Shown piece by piece: positions 20,030-30,158 of a DNA stretch of 64,000 nucleotides (the stretch's first letter is position 1; every line of letters begins with the position of its first letter). The stretch is from contig CAWGED010000012.1 in NCBI GenBank assembly GCA_963821525.1, positions 96,001 to 160,000 on the forward strand, given 5' to 3'. Position numbers and translations under genes: made by a program. A model generated the notes under the pieces. That model saw only the letters and a list, made by a program, of their open reading frames with translations, did not search any database and was not told the origin of the DNA. This stretch comes from an uncultured Gemmatimonadales bacterium (GTDB lineage: Bacteria > Gemmatimonadota > Gemmatimonadetes > Gemmatimonadales > GWC2-71-9).

Positions 20030-21139
20030 TTATCCCGCGCCGCTCCCCGGGGCAAGTCCGTTCTGCGAGGGCCCGGGCCAGGAGGAGAGATAGCGGAGCA
20101 GAGTGTTCTCTTCAGGCCCCAATCCCTCTTCTGTCGCGGTACCGCTGCTCTGTTTCTGCCAGAGCCGAAAACTCTCCTCTCTGGTAAAGGCTTCGAGCAC
20201 GGCTGGATGGATGTAGCACTTGCGGCAGATCGCGACGGTGTTGCCCAGTTGCTCCGCCACGATACCGATCGCCGCGAGCGCCGCTGCCTTCCCCGCACTG
20301 TTTGACTCGAAGGCTTCACTCACCGCCAGGCACTGCGCCGCGATCAGGGTGCCGCCCCAGGTCCGGAAATCCTTGGCCGTGAAATCCTGCTCCGCAATCA
20401 GCTTGATATAGGCGTTGACATCCTCCGCGCCGATCGGCTGGGCCTCGCCCGCTTCGTCCAGGTACTGGAAGAGATCCTGGCCAGGCAGGTCCCGGGAACG
20501 CTTCACCAGCCGGGCGAGCCGACGATCGGTCACCTGCACTACATGGAATTTCCCGCTCTTTCCCCGGAACTTGAACTGGATCCGGGAACCCTGCACATCT
20601 ACATGGCGATTCTTGAGGGTGGTAAGCCCGAACGAGCTGTTGGTACGGGCGTACCATTCGTTGCCGACCCGGATGAAGGTGGTCTCCAGCAGCTTGACGA
20701 TGGTGGCGAGCAGCTTGTCCCGCGGGAGGCCCGGAAGCGCAAGATCCTCCTCCACTCGTTTACGGATCCTCGGAAGCGCCCGCGCGAACAGCACCAGCCG
20801 CTCGTACTTGGTCTCGTCCCGGACCTGGCTCCACCGCTTGTGGTAGCGGTACTGCTTGCGCTTACGCGCGTCACGTCCGGTGGCCTGGAGATGTCCTTCG
20901 GGAGCGGGAGCGATCCACACGTCGGTCCATGCGGGAGGGATCGCGAGGGCGCGGATCCGCGCGAGGGTGGCTTCGTCGCGCATCGGTTTGCCATCCGGCC
21001 CGCGATAGGAAAACCCGGTTCCGTTGCGGTGCCGGGTGATGCCGGGCTTGGCGTCGCTGACGTAGCGCAGCTGCGCGGCCTTCGCGGCCTCGACCGGTAG
21101 CATGAACGGGTCGGGGGCCGTGCGTTTACGTCGCGGCAT
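20030..21139 (-). CDS. DNA topoisomerase IB (bacterial)
   Basis: IPPAWTDVWI, KQYRYH, IRVGN, FRGKSG, TAKDFRTW, LGNTVAICRKCYIHP with catalytic Tyr. Confidence 0.93.
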   Translation of the reverse strand: MPRRKRTAPDPFMLPVEAAKAAQLRYVSDAKPGITRHRNGTGFSYRGPDGKPMRDEATLARIRALAIPPAWTDVWIAPAPEGHLQATGRDARKRKQYRYHKRWSQVRDETKYERLVLFARALPRIRKRVEEDLALPGLPRDKLLATIVKLLETTFIRVGNEWYARTNSSFGLTTLKNRHVDVQGSRIQFKFRGKSGKFHVVQVTDRRLARLVKRSRDLPGQDLFQYLDEAGEAQPIGAEDVNAYIKLIAEQDFTAKDFRTWGGTLIAAQCLAVSEAFESNSAGKAAALAAIGIVAEQLGNTVAICRKCYIHPAVLEAFTREESFRLWQKQSSGTATEEGLGPEENTLLRYLSSWPGPSQNGLAPGSGAG

Positions 21140-21158
21140 GGAGGTCGTGTGCCGGGGA

Positions 21159-21242
21159 GGGAGTGGGGAGTGGGTGTGTGGGGTTGTGGGGCGTAGGAGA
21201 GATTCAGTGCCCCCACTACCCACCACCCACTCCCTACTACCC
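21159..21242. repeat. inverted pair of G-rich/C-rich heptamer arrays (GGGAGTG-like)
   Basis: gggagtg-gggagtg-ggtgtgt... facing ccactac-ccaccac-ccactcc-ctactac. Confidence 0.75.
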
Positions 21243-21469
21243 TAGCTGGAACTCCCCCTTTTTCTAGGAACCTTGGCCCCCTTCTTTCTCGCCTCCGACA
21301 AGCCAATCGCGATCGCCTGCTTCCGGCTGGTGACCTTCCCGCCGTGGCCCTTGGGGCCGCTGCGAAGCGTGCCGTGTTTCCTGCGCCGCATCGCGGACTC
21401 GACGCTCTTGCTCGCGCCTTTGCTGTACCGTCGTCCCTTGCTGCTCCGGGATCTGCTGCGTGCTGGCAT
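21242..21469 (-). CDS. small basic protein, DUF6496-like
   Basis: AMRRRKHGTLRSG...KVTSRKQAIAIGLSEARKKGAKVP. Confidence 0.85.
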   Translation of the reverse strand: MPARSRSRSSKGRRYSKGASKSVESAMRRRKHGTLRSGPKGHGGKVTSRKQAIAIGLSEARKKGAKVPRKRGSSS

Positions 21470-21691
21470 TCGATACCTCACATTCTCGCAGCGGCAGTCC
21501 GCAACGCGAACCGCCGCATCATTGATGAGTTCGGGAGATGCACGCGCGCACCTCCATTCGCAATGTTGTCAATCGGGAATCGCGGTACAAGGGGCTTGCA
21601 AGATTTCACGGCATGACAAGGTGTCCGGTAAGTTGAACGGGCGGCCCTGGTGAGAGCCGCCCGCTCGAAAGAAGAACCGCCGCTTTGCTGC

Positions 21692-21820
21692 TTAGCGGAA
21701 AATCTGGAAATGGCCCAGGAGCCACCAGAGCAGAAGAAAGATCAAAATCGTGCTGATGCAGCCGCCGCCCAGCTTCTTGGCGCCCCAGCCCGCTGCGAAA
21801 CCGCGTAGGAGCTTGCTCAA
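21692..21820 (-). CDS. 42-aa small membrane protein (absent from the ORF track)
   Basis: MSKLLRGFAAGWGAKKLGGGCISTILIFLLLWWLLGHFQIFR: amphipathic N-terminus plus TM helix; GC hairpin downstream at 21638-21663. Confidence 0.7.
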   Translation of the reverse strand: MSKLLRGFAAGWGAKKLGGGCISTILIFLLLWWLLGHFQIFR

Positions 21821-21901
21821 CGCCGCCCTGCCTTTCGCTTCAGTGTGTCCTCCCCGCGCTCATCGCGGTTCGCCCAATATAGTCGCTACCTCGAGGCTCC
21901 C

Positions 21902-22437
21902 ATGCTGATCATCGCCATCGACTGGCACACGGCCTTCGTTCCGACGGTCAACCTTGCCGAGCTGTTCATGCGCGGGCTCGATCGTCTACCTGTTCCTCTT
22001 CTTCGCCTTTCGCATCCTGCCGCGACAGGCCGGCGCCGTCGGCGTGTCCGACCTTCTGGCACTGGTACTCATTGCCGACGCGGCACAGAACGCCATGTCA
22101 GCCGACTATCACTCGGTGCCGGAAGGCCTGGTCCTGGTAAGCACCATTTTGTTCTGGGACGTAGCACTCGACTGGCTCGCCTTCAAGGTCCCGGCTGCTG
22201 CGGAAGTTGCTGCACGGCCAGCCGCTTCCGCTCATTATCCGGGGTCGCTTGCAGCACCTGAATCTGGACCAGCAGCTGATCAGTGAGGAGGAGCTCGATT
22301 CTCACTTGCGGCAACACGGCGTAGCAGATCCTCGAGAGGTCGTGCTCTGCAATCTGGAGGGGGATGGACACATCAGTGTGCTGCAGGAGGAACCGAAGGA
22401 AGATTCAAGCCAGGAAGAAGCGAGGGGACTGACCTGA
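21902..22437 (+). CDS. DUF421 (YetF-like) membrane protein; frameshifts near 21975 and 22200
   Basis: DLLALVLIADAAQNAM, PLPLIIRGRL, EELDSHLRQHGV, LEGDGHISV. Confidence 0.85.
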
Positions 22438-22449
22438 GCCAAGTGTCCG

Positions 22450-22915
22450 TCAGCTCACTCCGGCCCGGGCCGTGAAGAAGGAGCGCACGTCGTGGGGAAT
22501 CCAGAGCAGCCAGAGCGCCGCGAGTCGCAGCGCGAAGCTCACCCCCTGCTCGATCGTGACACCGGTGACTTCAGCCGGGATCAGGGCGGACGAATCCCGG
22601 AGGAATCCATATCCGGCTATCGTCCCGATCACGAGCGTTGCCGTGGTGACCAGGCGGATCCAGCTCTTCCCCCGCGGCAGGACCAGCGTGAGCCAGGCGA
22701 ACAGGAGTGCCACGGCGGCGTGGACAATCACACTGCCGATGATCGTCTGGTTGGCGGCGTGTTCGACTTGCTCCGGCGTCAGGCTCGGCTGGCGGCGCGC
22801 CCAGGAGGCCGCGACCTCCGGCCGATGATTCACGGAACAGGAGGGCCACGACCAGCTGGAGCAGAGCGAGGACGGCCAGCAGGATCTGGGTCCAGCGAAT
22901 TTGTGCGGGGGCCAT
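22450..22915 (-). CDS. hypothetical membrane protein; frameshift near 22830
   Basis: four hydrophobic segments across two frames. Confidence 0.6.
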
Positions 22916-23132
22916 CTCAGGACAAGAGTTGGTACGCCACTAGGGCGAGGGTTCGCAAGGCATCATTGAATGTCAGCATCACATCCCTCCACGAGGATCA
23001 CGTCCCAGTATAACCACGGTCCGGCGATGACCGGACGGGTTCCTGGCATGGGACCGTGTGACCATTCCCCTTGCGATTCTGGGGATACTTACTAAGCTGT
23101 TCTGCACAAATACGGATGCCCTGCGCATCCAC

Positions 23133-23218
23133 CCTTGTCGAGCGAGGCGTTTGGCCGGCCCGCGAGACGAAGGCGTAATCGAGCTCCAACGGGAGACTTC
23201 GGTTGCGCTTTTTTGTTG
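23133..23218 (+). ncRNA. candidate cis-regulatory leader RNA (antiterminator/terminator), copy 1
   Basis: CCTTGTCG...AGACGAAGG stem overlapping a terminator (GCGTAATCGA/TCGGTTGCGC plus T6); upstream of the DUF4397 gene. Confidence 0.7.
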
Positions 23219-23239
23219 CACTTATTGTGGGAGGACAGG

Positions 23240-23998
23240 ATGACCAGGACAATGACATTCATGACCGCGCTCCTCGCCATTGGGTTGAGCGCGTCGTGCA
23301 AAGGTGCCAGGACCGATCGGCCCGTTGCCACCAACGCCGGAGGAGACACCACGCTTTCACCATCGGGCGACTCGGCGGCCGGGCAAGGGCGGTCGATGGT
23401 GCGGCTGGTGAATGCGCTGCCCGCCAATCAGTCGATTGACGTCTCGGGAGACGACCGCACGATCTTCAGCGCGGTCACCTACAAGAAGGTCACGCCTTAC
23501 GTCGAGGTGAAGGACAACCGCGTCACCTTTCGCCTTTTTCCAACGGCGAAGGACAGCGCAATAGCTGACAACAGTGAAATGATGGCGGACGGCAACCGTT
23601 ACACGATCGTAGCACTCCCCGACGACAAGGGCGGCGCGACGATGCGTATTCTAAGGGACGAGGTCGTGCCGGATTCCGGCAAAGCGCGGGTCCGGGTGAT
23701 CAACGCCTCTCCGGGCGTCAAGGACGCCGATGTGGCGCTGCAGGGACAAAAGGACCCGCTCTTTTCCGATATCGATTACAAGAGCGAGGCGGGCTACAAG
23801 GACATCACGCCGATCACGGCGACGGTCGAGATCAGGGGCGACGACCCGAACTCCAAGCCGATCCTGGTCAAGAACGTCCACTTCGAGGCCGGCAAGGCAT
23901 ACACAATCGTGTTGACCGGCTGGAAATCGAAGCCGGTGGAAGTCATCACTTTCGACGATAGCGAGACCGGCGGAGTGGCCGGGCTGTCGCTGCACTAA
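23240..23998 (+). CDS. DUF4397 domain lipoprotein
   Basis: lipobox SASC; VRLVNALP, ARVRVINASP, GKAYTIVLTG; GGAGG RBS. Confidence 0.85.
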   Translation: MTRTMTFMTALLAIGLSASCKGARTDRPVATNAGGDTTLSPSGDSAAGQGRSMVRLVNALPANQSIDVSGDDRTIFSAVTYKKVTPYVEVKDNRVTFRLFPTAKDSAIADNSEMMADGNRYTIVALPDDKGGATMRILRDEVVPDSGKARVRVINASPGVKDADVALQGQKDPLFSDIDYKSEAGYKDITPITATVEIRGDDPNSKPILVKNVHFEAGKAYTIVLTGWKSKPVEVITFDDSETGGVAGLSLH

Positions 23999-24465
23999 TG
24001 GAGTGTTCGATGATGAGCCAGGAAAACGCCTGGTTGACCGGCCGGGAGCTCCTGATCAGCGAGATCGAGATCAGGGTCGAGGCGATGAGAAGCGAAGCGG
24101 AAAAGACCCGCGGGTTTAGAGCCGGAGTGCTGGTGTTTCTCGAGCGGAGGCTCACGCGGGCCAAGAGCGCGCTGGCCACACTCCGGCATCTGCCGAGTGC
24201 TCTTTCCGAAGGCCGGCGTCAAACCGTCGACCGCATGGTCTCGGCTATCATCGGCACCCTGCGTCACGCAGAGATCACGCTTCGGGGTGAGTCCGGCACA
24301 CCACCTGAGCCGGATCAGGAGTTCCTTCGTGAACGCCGTCGGGCAGAACGGCGGCAATCTCCCTCGCGGCGCGCAACCAGACGTCCCGTGCCGGCAGGGC
24401 AGGACGAGGATCCCGCGAGTCCACCCGAACCGGACCGGGACCGGGATGTAGGTGACGGGAGCTGA
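23998..24465 (+). CDS. hypothetical helical protein with Arg-rich C-terminal segment
   Basis: TAATG coupling to the DUF4397 stop; ERRRAERRQSPSRRATRR. Confidence 0.6.
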   Translation: MECSMMSQENAWLTGRELLISEIEIRVEAMRSEAEKTRGFRAGVLVFLERRLTRAKSALATLRHLPSALSEGRRQTVDRMVSAIIGTLRHAEITLRGESGTPPEPDQEFLRERRRAERRQSPSRRATRRPVPAGQDEDPASPPEPDRDRDVGDGS

Positions 24466-24528
24466 CAGGCTGGCTCTTGCGGCGAAGCGGCTCGGTTCGT
24501 ATTGTCGTGGCGCGGTGAAATAGCCGAA

Positions 24529-24602
24529 CCTTGGCGCGCTGGCTTCCGGCCCGCGAGTCGAAGGCGCAGGAATCTTCGGATTCCTTGCGCCTTCTTGTTT
24601 TT
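24529..24602 (+). ncRNA. candidate cis-regulatory leader RNA, copy 2
   Basis: CCTTGGCG-hairpin-AGTCGAAGG; terminator AAGGCGCAGGAATC-TTCG-GATTCCTTGCGCCTT plus T-rich tail; TTGCGG-N17-TATTGT promoter at 24477-24505. Confidence 0.72.
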
Positions 24603-24646
24603 CCGGGCCGGACCAGCCTGCCGCCAAGGCATGGAAAGTAGGAGAA

Positions 24647-24868
24647 ATGGACGTGAGGGAACTCAACAGTTGTGCTCTATCTCTTCAGCGCTTCGACTGG
24701 TCCAGCGGAGTGGACCTATGCAAACGGTCGCCCGGTCCGGGTTCCTGCCAACGCCACGAATCAGGATGTAGATAGCCGCAACATCTGTCCTTCCTCGACT
24801 GGAGCATGGGATAAGCAGCCAGCCGCATTCTCGCCCTGGACCGGGCCGTCCTACTCACCGACCACTAA
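24647..24868 (+). CDS. possible small frameshifted hypothetical protein
   Basis: AGGAG RBS plus ATG just after the leader motif; continuity needs more than one frameshift. Confidence 0.3.
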
Positions 24869-25244
24869 CCGTTGCACTCCCTGCCTCCGCGCCCTCGGCG
24901 CGCTGACCGATGTTGTCGCGCCTTGAGTCCGAGCCTTCCGTTGTCTGGAACGGGTGGGGGGTCGCGTTCTGCGTGGCGGCGTTCATCCTCGGCATTGTTG
25001 CCGCCTCCGACAATGGGCCTTCTATACCACAGGCAACCGAGCTTCGGATCCGCGCCGATCCCAGGATTCGCGGTCGCTGCAGATCCAAAGTTGGTGAGCC
25101 GGAAGTAAGAATTGGGTTCCTGCCATCGGTGAGTAATCCCACCCTGAATTGATCTCCTAAGCCTCTCCGATTGGCATGTGCGCCAAGGCCTTGCGGTTCG
25201 CCTATAACGGGCCGTATAGTCCCTCGTTAGCAGGTGGCAGGAAT

Positions 25245-25323
25245 CCTTGGCGGGTCGGGCAGTCGGCCGACCAGTCGAAGGCGCGAAGGGGATCCTCAGA
25301 TCCTCCGCGCCTTTTTTTGTTTT
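25245..25323 (+). ncRNA. candidate cis-regulatory leader RNA, copy 3 (kai operon leader)
   Basis: CCTTGGCG-GGTCGG/CCGACC-AGTCGAAGG; terminator AAGGCGCG...CGCGCCTT plus T7; TTGCGG-N18-TATAGT promoter at 25191-25220. Confidence 0.72.
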
Positions 25324-25341
25324 CGGGAGGTGCGCCGCGAC

Positions 25342-27690
25342 ATGGAATCTCAAGTCGCCTCTCAGGAAAGCCCACCTCGGGACCTTCAAGGGCGCCCCAA
25401 CGACCAATGGCTCCAGGCCATCTTCGGCCAGGCAGCCGTGGGAATCGCCGTAATAGACGGCGAGGGGCATTTCCTTCACTGTAACCAGAAGCTCGCGCAG
25501 ATAACCGGCCGTGGCGTGGCGGAGCTCATTGGCCTCAAGTGCTCCGAGATCACGCATCCCGACGATTGGCCGGCCAGCCAGGCGCATGATGGAGGACCTG
25601 CGCAGAGGCATACGCACCGAATTCTCCGCCGAGAAGCGTTACCTGCGTCCCGACGGCGCGGTGGTCTGGGTAAATGTGGCTGTCTCGCCCTTGCGCGACG
25701 CGACCGGGCGGTTCGATCGCCTCATTGCCGTCGTCGAGGACATTACCGCCCGCAAGCGGGCGGAGCAGGCGGTTCAGGAACGGGAGCACAGGGTGCGCCG
25801 GGTGCTGGAGCGAATGCCCGCGGGCACCTACCTCTGCGATCGCCACGGTCTCATCACCTACTTCAACCATCATGCCGAGGCGTTGTGGGGACGGGCGCCG
25901 AAGCTCAATGATCCGATCGATCGCTACTGCGGATCCTTCAAGCTGTTCGCGGCGGACGGAACACCGATCAATCACTCGGAATGCTGGATGGCCCTCGCGC
26001 TGCGCGACGAGACCGCGTACGACGGGCAAGGAGATCATCATCGAGCGCCCCGACGGGAAGCGGATGACCGTCCTCGCTCATGCCAATCCGATCTGGGGAC
26101 GACGATGACGAGCTGATCGGGGCGGTCAATGTCCTGGTGGATATCTCAGATCGGAAGCACGCCGAGCAGTCGCTGCGCGAAAGCGAGGATCGCTTCCGTC
26201 ATCTGGCCGACAATGTTCCGGTGCTGATCTGGGTGTCCGGACCCGATGGCTACGAGTTCGTGAACCGCGAGTACCTCAAGTTTGCCGGCTGCGATTTCAG
26301 CCGGCTCGAAGGCGCCGGGTGGCAGGACCTGCTCCATCCATCCGACGCGCCGGGATTCATCGCCGCCTACGAGCGGGCTGGTCGCCAGCGCCAGCGCTTC
26401 GAAATGCAACTCAGGTTCCGGCGCGCCGACGGAGAATACCGCTGGCTCCGGGTTACCGCGGTTCCCCGCCTCGACGAGGATGGCGAGGTGCTCGGTTTCG
26501 TCGGCTCCTCGGCAGACATCACCGACATCAAGCGGTCGGAGGAGACTCTGCGGGAAGCGGATCAGCGGAAGGACGAGTTCCTGGCGACCCTGGCCCACGA
26601 GCTGAGGAACCCCCTCGCCCCGATCCGTAATGCACTCCAGATTATCCGCGTGGGCACCGACCAGGAGTCGGTGGGCAAGGTCCACGACATGCTGGAGCGC
26701 CAGGTGGATCAGATGGTACGGCTGGTTGACGACCTGCTTGAAGTCTCCCGAATCACTCGTGGAAAGATCGAGTTGCGCCGGGAGCGGGTAGACCTGGGTG
26801 CCGTGATTCGTAGCGCCCTCGAAACCAGCAAACCATTGATTGACGCAGCCCGGCATGAACTCACCGTCGGGCTCCCCATCGAACCGCTGTGGCTCGACGC
26901 CGATCCGGTCCGGCTGGCCCAGGTCTTCTCCAATCTCCTGAACAACGCCGCCAAGTACACCGAACCAGGCGGACGAATCTGGATCAACACCAACCGGCAC
27001 AACGACCAGGTCGTCGTCTCGGTATGCGATACCGGCATCGGGATCTCACCGGAGAAAATTCCCAAAGTCTTCAACCTGTTCGCCCAGCTCGATACCACGA
27101 CGGCGAAGGCGCAGGGCGGACTCGGCATCGGACTCGCCCTGGCCCGGCGATTGGTCGAGATGCACGGCGGGCGGATCGACGCCCGGAGCGGTGGTGAGGG
27201 AGAAGGAAGCGAGTTCCGGATCCATCTGCCGCTGGCTCGGGAGCAGGAACGCAAGCGGACCAGCAATCCCCCGCGCCTTGCCAAAGCGGACGAGGCGCCC
27301 TCAGTACACCGGGTCATGGTGGTTGACGACAACCGGGATGCCGCCGACAGCCTCGGAATGTTGCTCCGGCTCCGCGGGATGCAGGTGCAGGTCGCGAACG
27401 ACGGCCCCTCCGCCCTCAAGACCTTCTCCACCTTCCATCCCACGGTCATCCTGCTCGACCTTGGCATGCCGGGGATGGACGGATACGAGGTCGCCGAGCA
27501 GATCCGGCGTCTGCCGGACTCCGCGAACGTGGCCCTTATCGCACTCACCGGCTGGGGGCACGCCGAGTTCCGCCAACGCAGTCGGGAGAGTGGATTCGCT
27601 CATCACCTGGTAAAGCCGGTCGAGCTGGATGCTCTGCTGAGCCTGCTGGGATCCCTTCAGCCGGACGCCCCATTGGCGCCGGCCGACTAA
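25342..27690 (+). CDS. hybrid sensor histidine kinase (3 PAS, HisKA, HATPase, REC); frameshifts near 25580, 26030, 26095
   Basis: PAS/PAC segments; LAHELRNPL; NLLNNAAKY; GGLGIGL; VVDDN...LDLGMPGMDG. Confidence 0.9.
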
Positions 27691-27703
27691 ACAGGATGGA
27701 GCC

Positions 27704-29462
27704 ATGACCGACGTCGCGAGGAGAGAAGAAGTAGGCCGGACGAATGGGCATGCGGGGCAGGAGTTGGCCAAGTCGGCCACGGGCATTCAGGGGCTCGACG
27801 AGATCACCGGAGGCGGACTTCCTGCCGGCCGGCCCACCCTCATCTGCGGCAGTGCCGGATGCGGCAAGACTCTCCTTTCCCTGGAATTCCTGGTGCGGGG
27901 AGCAGTGGAATTCGGAGAGAACGGCGTGTTCCTGGCCTTCGAGGAAACCGCCGAGGAGTTGAGCCAGAACGTCCGTTCACTCGGCTTCGATCTCGACCAG
28001 CTGATCGAAGACGGCAAACTCGTTGTGGATTACGTCCATGTCGACCGCAGCGAGATCGACGAGACGGGCGAGTACGACCTCGAGGGACTCTTCATCCGCC
28101 TGGCAGACGCCATCGACCAGGTCGGAGCCAAGCGGGTTGTTCTGGACACGATCGAGAGCCTCTTCAGCCGGCCTCTCGAACGACGCCATCCTCCGCTCCG
28201 AGCTGCGCCGGCTGTTTCGCTGGCTCAAGGAGCGCGGCGTCACCGCCATCATCACCGGGGAGCGGGGAGAGAAGTCGCTGACTCGGCAGGGCCTGGAGGA
28301 GTACGTCTCGGATTGCGTGATCCTGCTGGATCACCGGGTCTCCGACCAGCTCTCGACCCGGCGGCTCAGGGTCGTCAAATACCGGGGCTCGACCCACGGC
28401 ACCAACGAGTATCCGTTCCTCATCGATCGAATTCGGCATCAGCGTCCTCCCGATCACCTCGCTGGGCCTGAAGCACGGAGCCACAAACGAACGGATTTCC
28501 ACCGGCGTCGCAGGCCTCGACGCGATGTTGGGCGGCAAGGGCGTCTACCGGGCCTCCAGCATTCTGATCTCGGGGACCGCGGGAACCGGGAAGACCACCA
28601 TCTCGGCACACTTCGCCGATGCCGCGTGCCGCCGGGGGGAACGCTGCCTGTACTTCGCCTTCGAGGAATCACCCGACCAGATCGTCAGGAACATGCGGTC
28701 GGTCGGCATCGACCTGCAGCCATGGGTGGACCGGGGCCTGCTCGTGATCCATTCCAGCCGTCCCAGTATGTACGGCCTGGAGACCCACCTCACCACGATG
28801 TACCGGGAGGTGCGGGCGTTCAACCCTCGGCTGGTCATCATGGATCCCATCACCAGTTTCCTTCGTTCGGACGGGGGCAACCGACGCGGAGGCGATGCTG
28901 GTTCGCATGATCGATTTTCTGAAGGGTTGCGAGATTACGAGCGTCTTCACCAGCCTGACCCGGGGAGGGAGCGCGCTGGAGCAGTCCGAGGTTGGGGTCT
29001 CGTCGCTCATCGATACCTGGCTGGTGGTGAAAGAGATCGAACAGCAGGGTGAGCGAAACCGCGGCCTCTACGTGATCAAGTCCCGCGGCATGAAGTCATT
29101 CCGACCAGATCCGGGAATTCCAGCTTACCGACGAAGGAGTGGAGCTCAAGGATGCCTACATCGGACCCGAGGGCGTCCTCACCGGATCGGCCCGCCTGGC
29201 GCAGGAAGCTCGGGAAGAGGCGGCCAAGGTCAAGCGCCAGGAGGACATCGAGCGGAAGCAACGGTCACTGGAACGGAAACGTCAGGCACTCGAAGCCCAG
29301 ATCGCCGCGTTGCGCCTGGAGTTCGAGGGTGAAGAACAGGAAGCCCAACGCATGCTCGTGGAGGATCAGCGCCGCGAGGAACGGCTCGAGGAAGACAGAG
29401 ATGACATGGCTCGCAGTCGGAAACTGGACCCTCAGCCTCAGAAAGCCCAGGAACCAACATGA
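27704..29462 (+). CDS. kaiC: KaiC (KaiC2-type, C-terminal coiled coil); four apparent +1 frameshifts near 28170, 28428, 28880, 29096
   Basis: two Walker A motifs GSAGCGKT and [47 protein letters not shown]. Confidence 0.93.
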
Positions 29463-29803
29463 CCGACATCTTGAACCGGGACGACACCGCGAAGCTTCCC
29501 TCTCCGCCGGCAGAGGCGGGCGAGGAGACATGGGAACTGCGGCTGTATGTTGCGGGTCAGTCTGCCAAGTCGGTAACCGCCTTCGCCAACTTGCGGGCGT
29601 TGTGCGAGCAATACCTGCCGGGCAAGTACGAGATCGAAATCGTCGATCTGCTGCAGAAACCTCAGCTGGCGCGCGGGGATCAGATCGTAGCCATCCCTAC
29701 TCTGGTACGGAAGCTTCCGGAGCCAATCCGGAAGATCGTTGGCGACCTATCCAACACCGAGAAGACCCTGGTGGGTCTGCAGCTTCGTCCCCGAGCCTGG
29801 TGA
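29459..29803 (+). CDS. kaiB: KaiB family protein
   Basis: [38 protein letters not shown]. Confidence 0.94.
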   Translation: MTDILNRDDTAKLPSPPAEAGEETWELRLYVAGQSAKSVTAFANLRALCEQYLPGKYEIEIVDLLQKPQLARGDQIVAIPTLVRKLPEPIRKIVGDLSNTEKTLVGLQLRPRAW

Positions 29804-30148
29804 TTGATCGTGCGAGACCCTATTGGAAATCCAGACACCAAGGCATTTGAGGATCTGCTCAAACAACGGGGCCAGAGCCACTATAGCCTGCGTCTATATA
29901 TCACCGGCATGACGCCGCGCTCGACCGACGCCATCGCCGCCATCAAGAGCATCTGTGAAGAATTCCTCCAGGGGCGCTATGACCTCGAAGTGATCGACAT
30001 CTATCAGCATCCGGAACAGGCGAGAGCCGCCCAGATCATCGCCTCGCCCACCCTGCTCAAGCGCCTGCCGGTCCCGTTGCGTCGCCTGATCGGGGACCTC
30101 TCCAATCGGGAACGGGTCCTGATTGGACTCGACCTGGCCGAGACGTGA
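29804..30148 (+). CDS. kaiB: second KaiB family protein
   Basis: LRLYITGMTPRS, LEVIDIYQHP, IIASPTLLKRLPVPLRRLIGDLS. Confidence 0.93.
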   Translation: MIVRDPIGNPDTKAFEDLLKQRGQSHYSLRLYITGMTPRSTDAIAAIKSICEEFLQGRYDLEVIDIYQHPEQARAAQIIASPTLLKRLPVPLRRLIGDLSNRERVLIGLDLAET

Positions 30149-30158
30149 GTCCGACGCG

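Noticed and set aside
20030..21139. Topoisomerase IB as an integrase or prophage marker
   Set aside because: Motifs fit bacterial TopIB; no att sites or phage genes nearby.
24855..25152. Short overlapping ORFs on both strands
   Set aside because: No recognisable motif or RBS; probably non-coding.
23133..25323. Leader motif as a c-di-GMP, SAM, TPP, cobalamin, T-box or ANTAR element
   Set aside because: I could not see the hallmark conserved sequences of these classes; an Rfam search is still needed.
27704..29462. kaiC pseudogene
   Set aside because: All motifs are intact and each break is a single inserted base, so sequencing error is more likely; not fully excluded.
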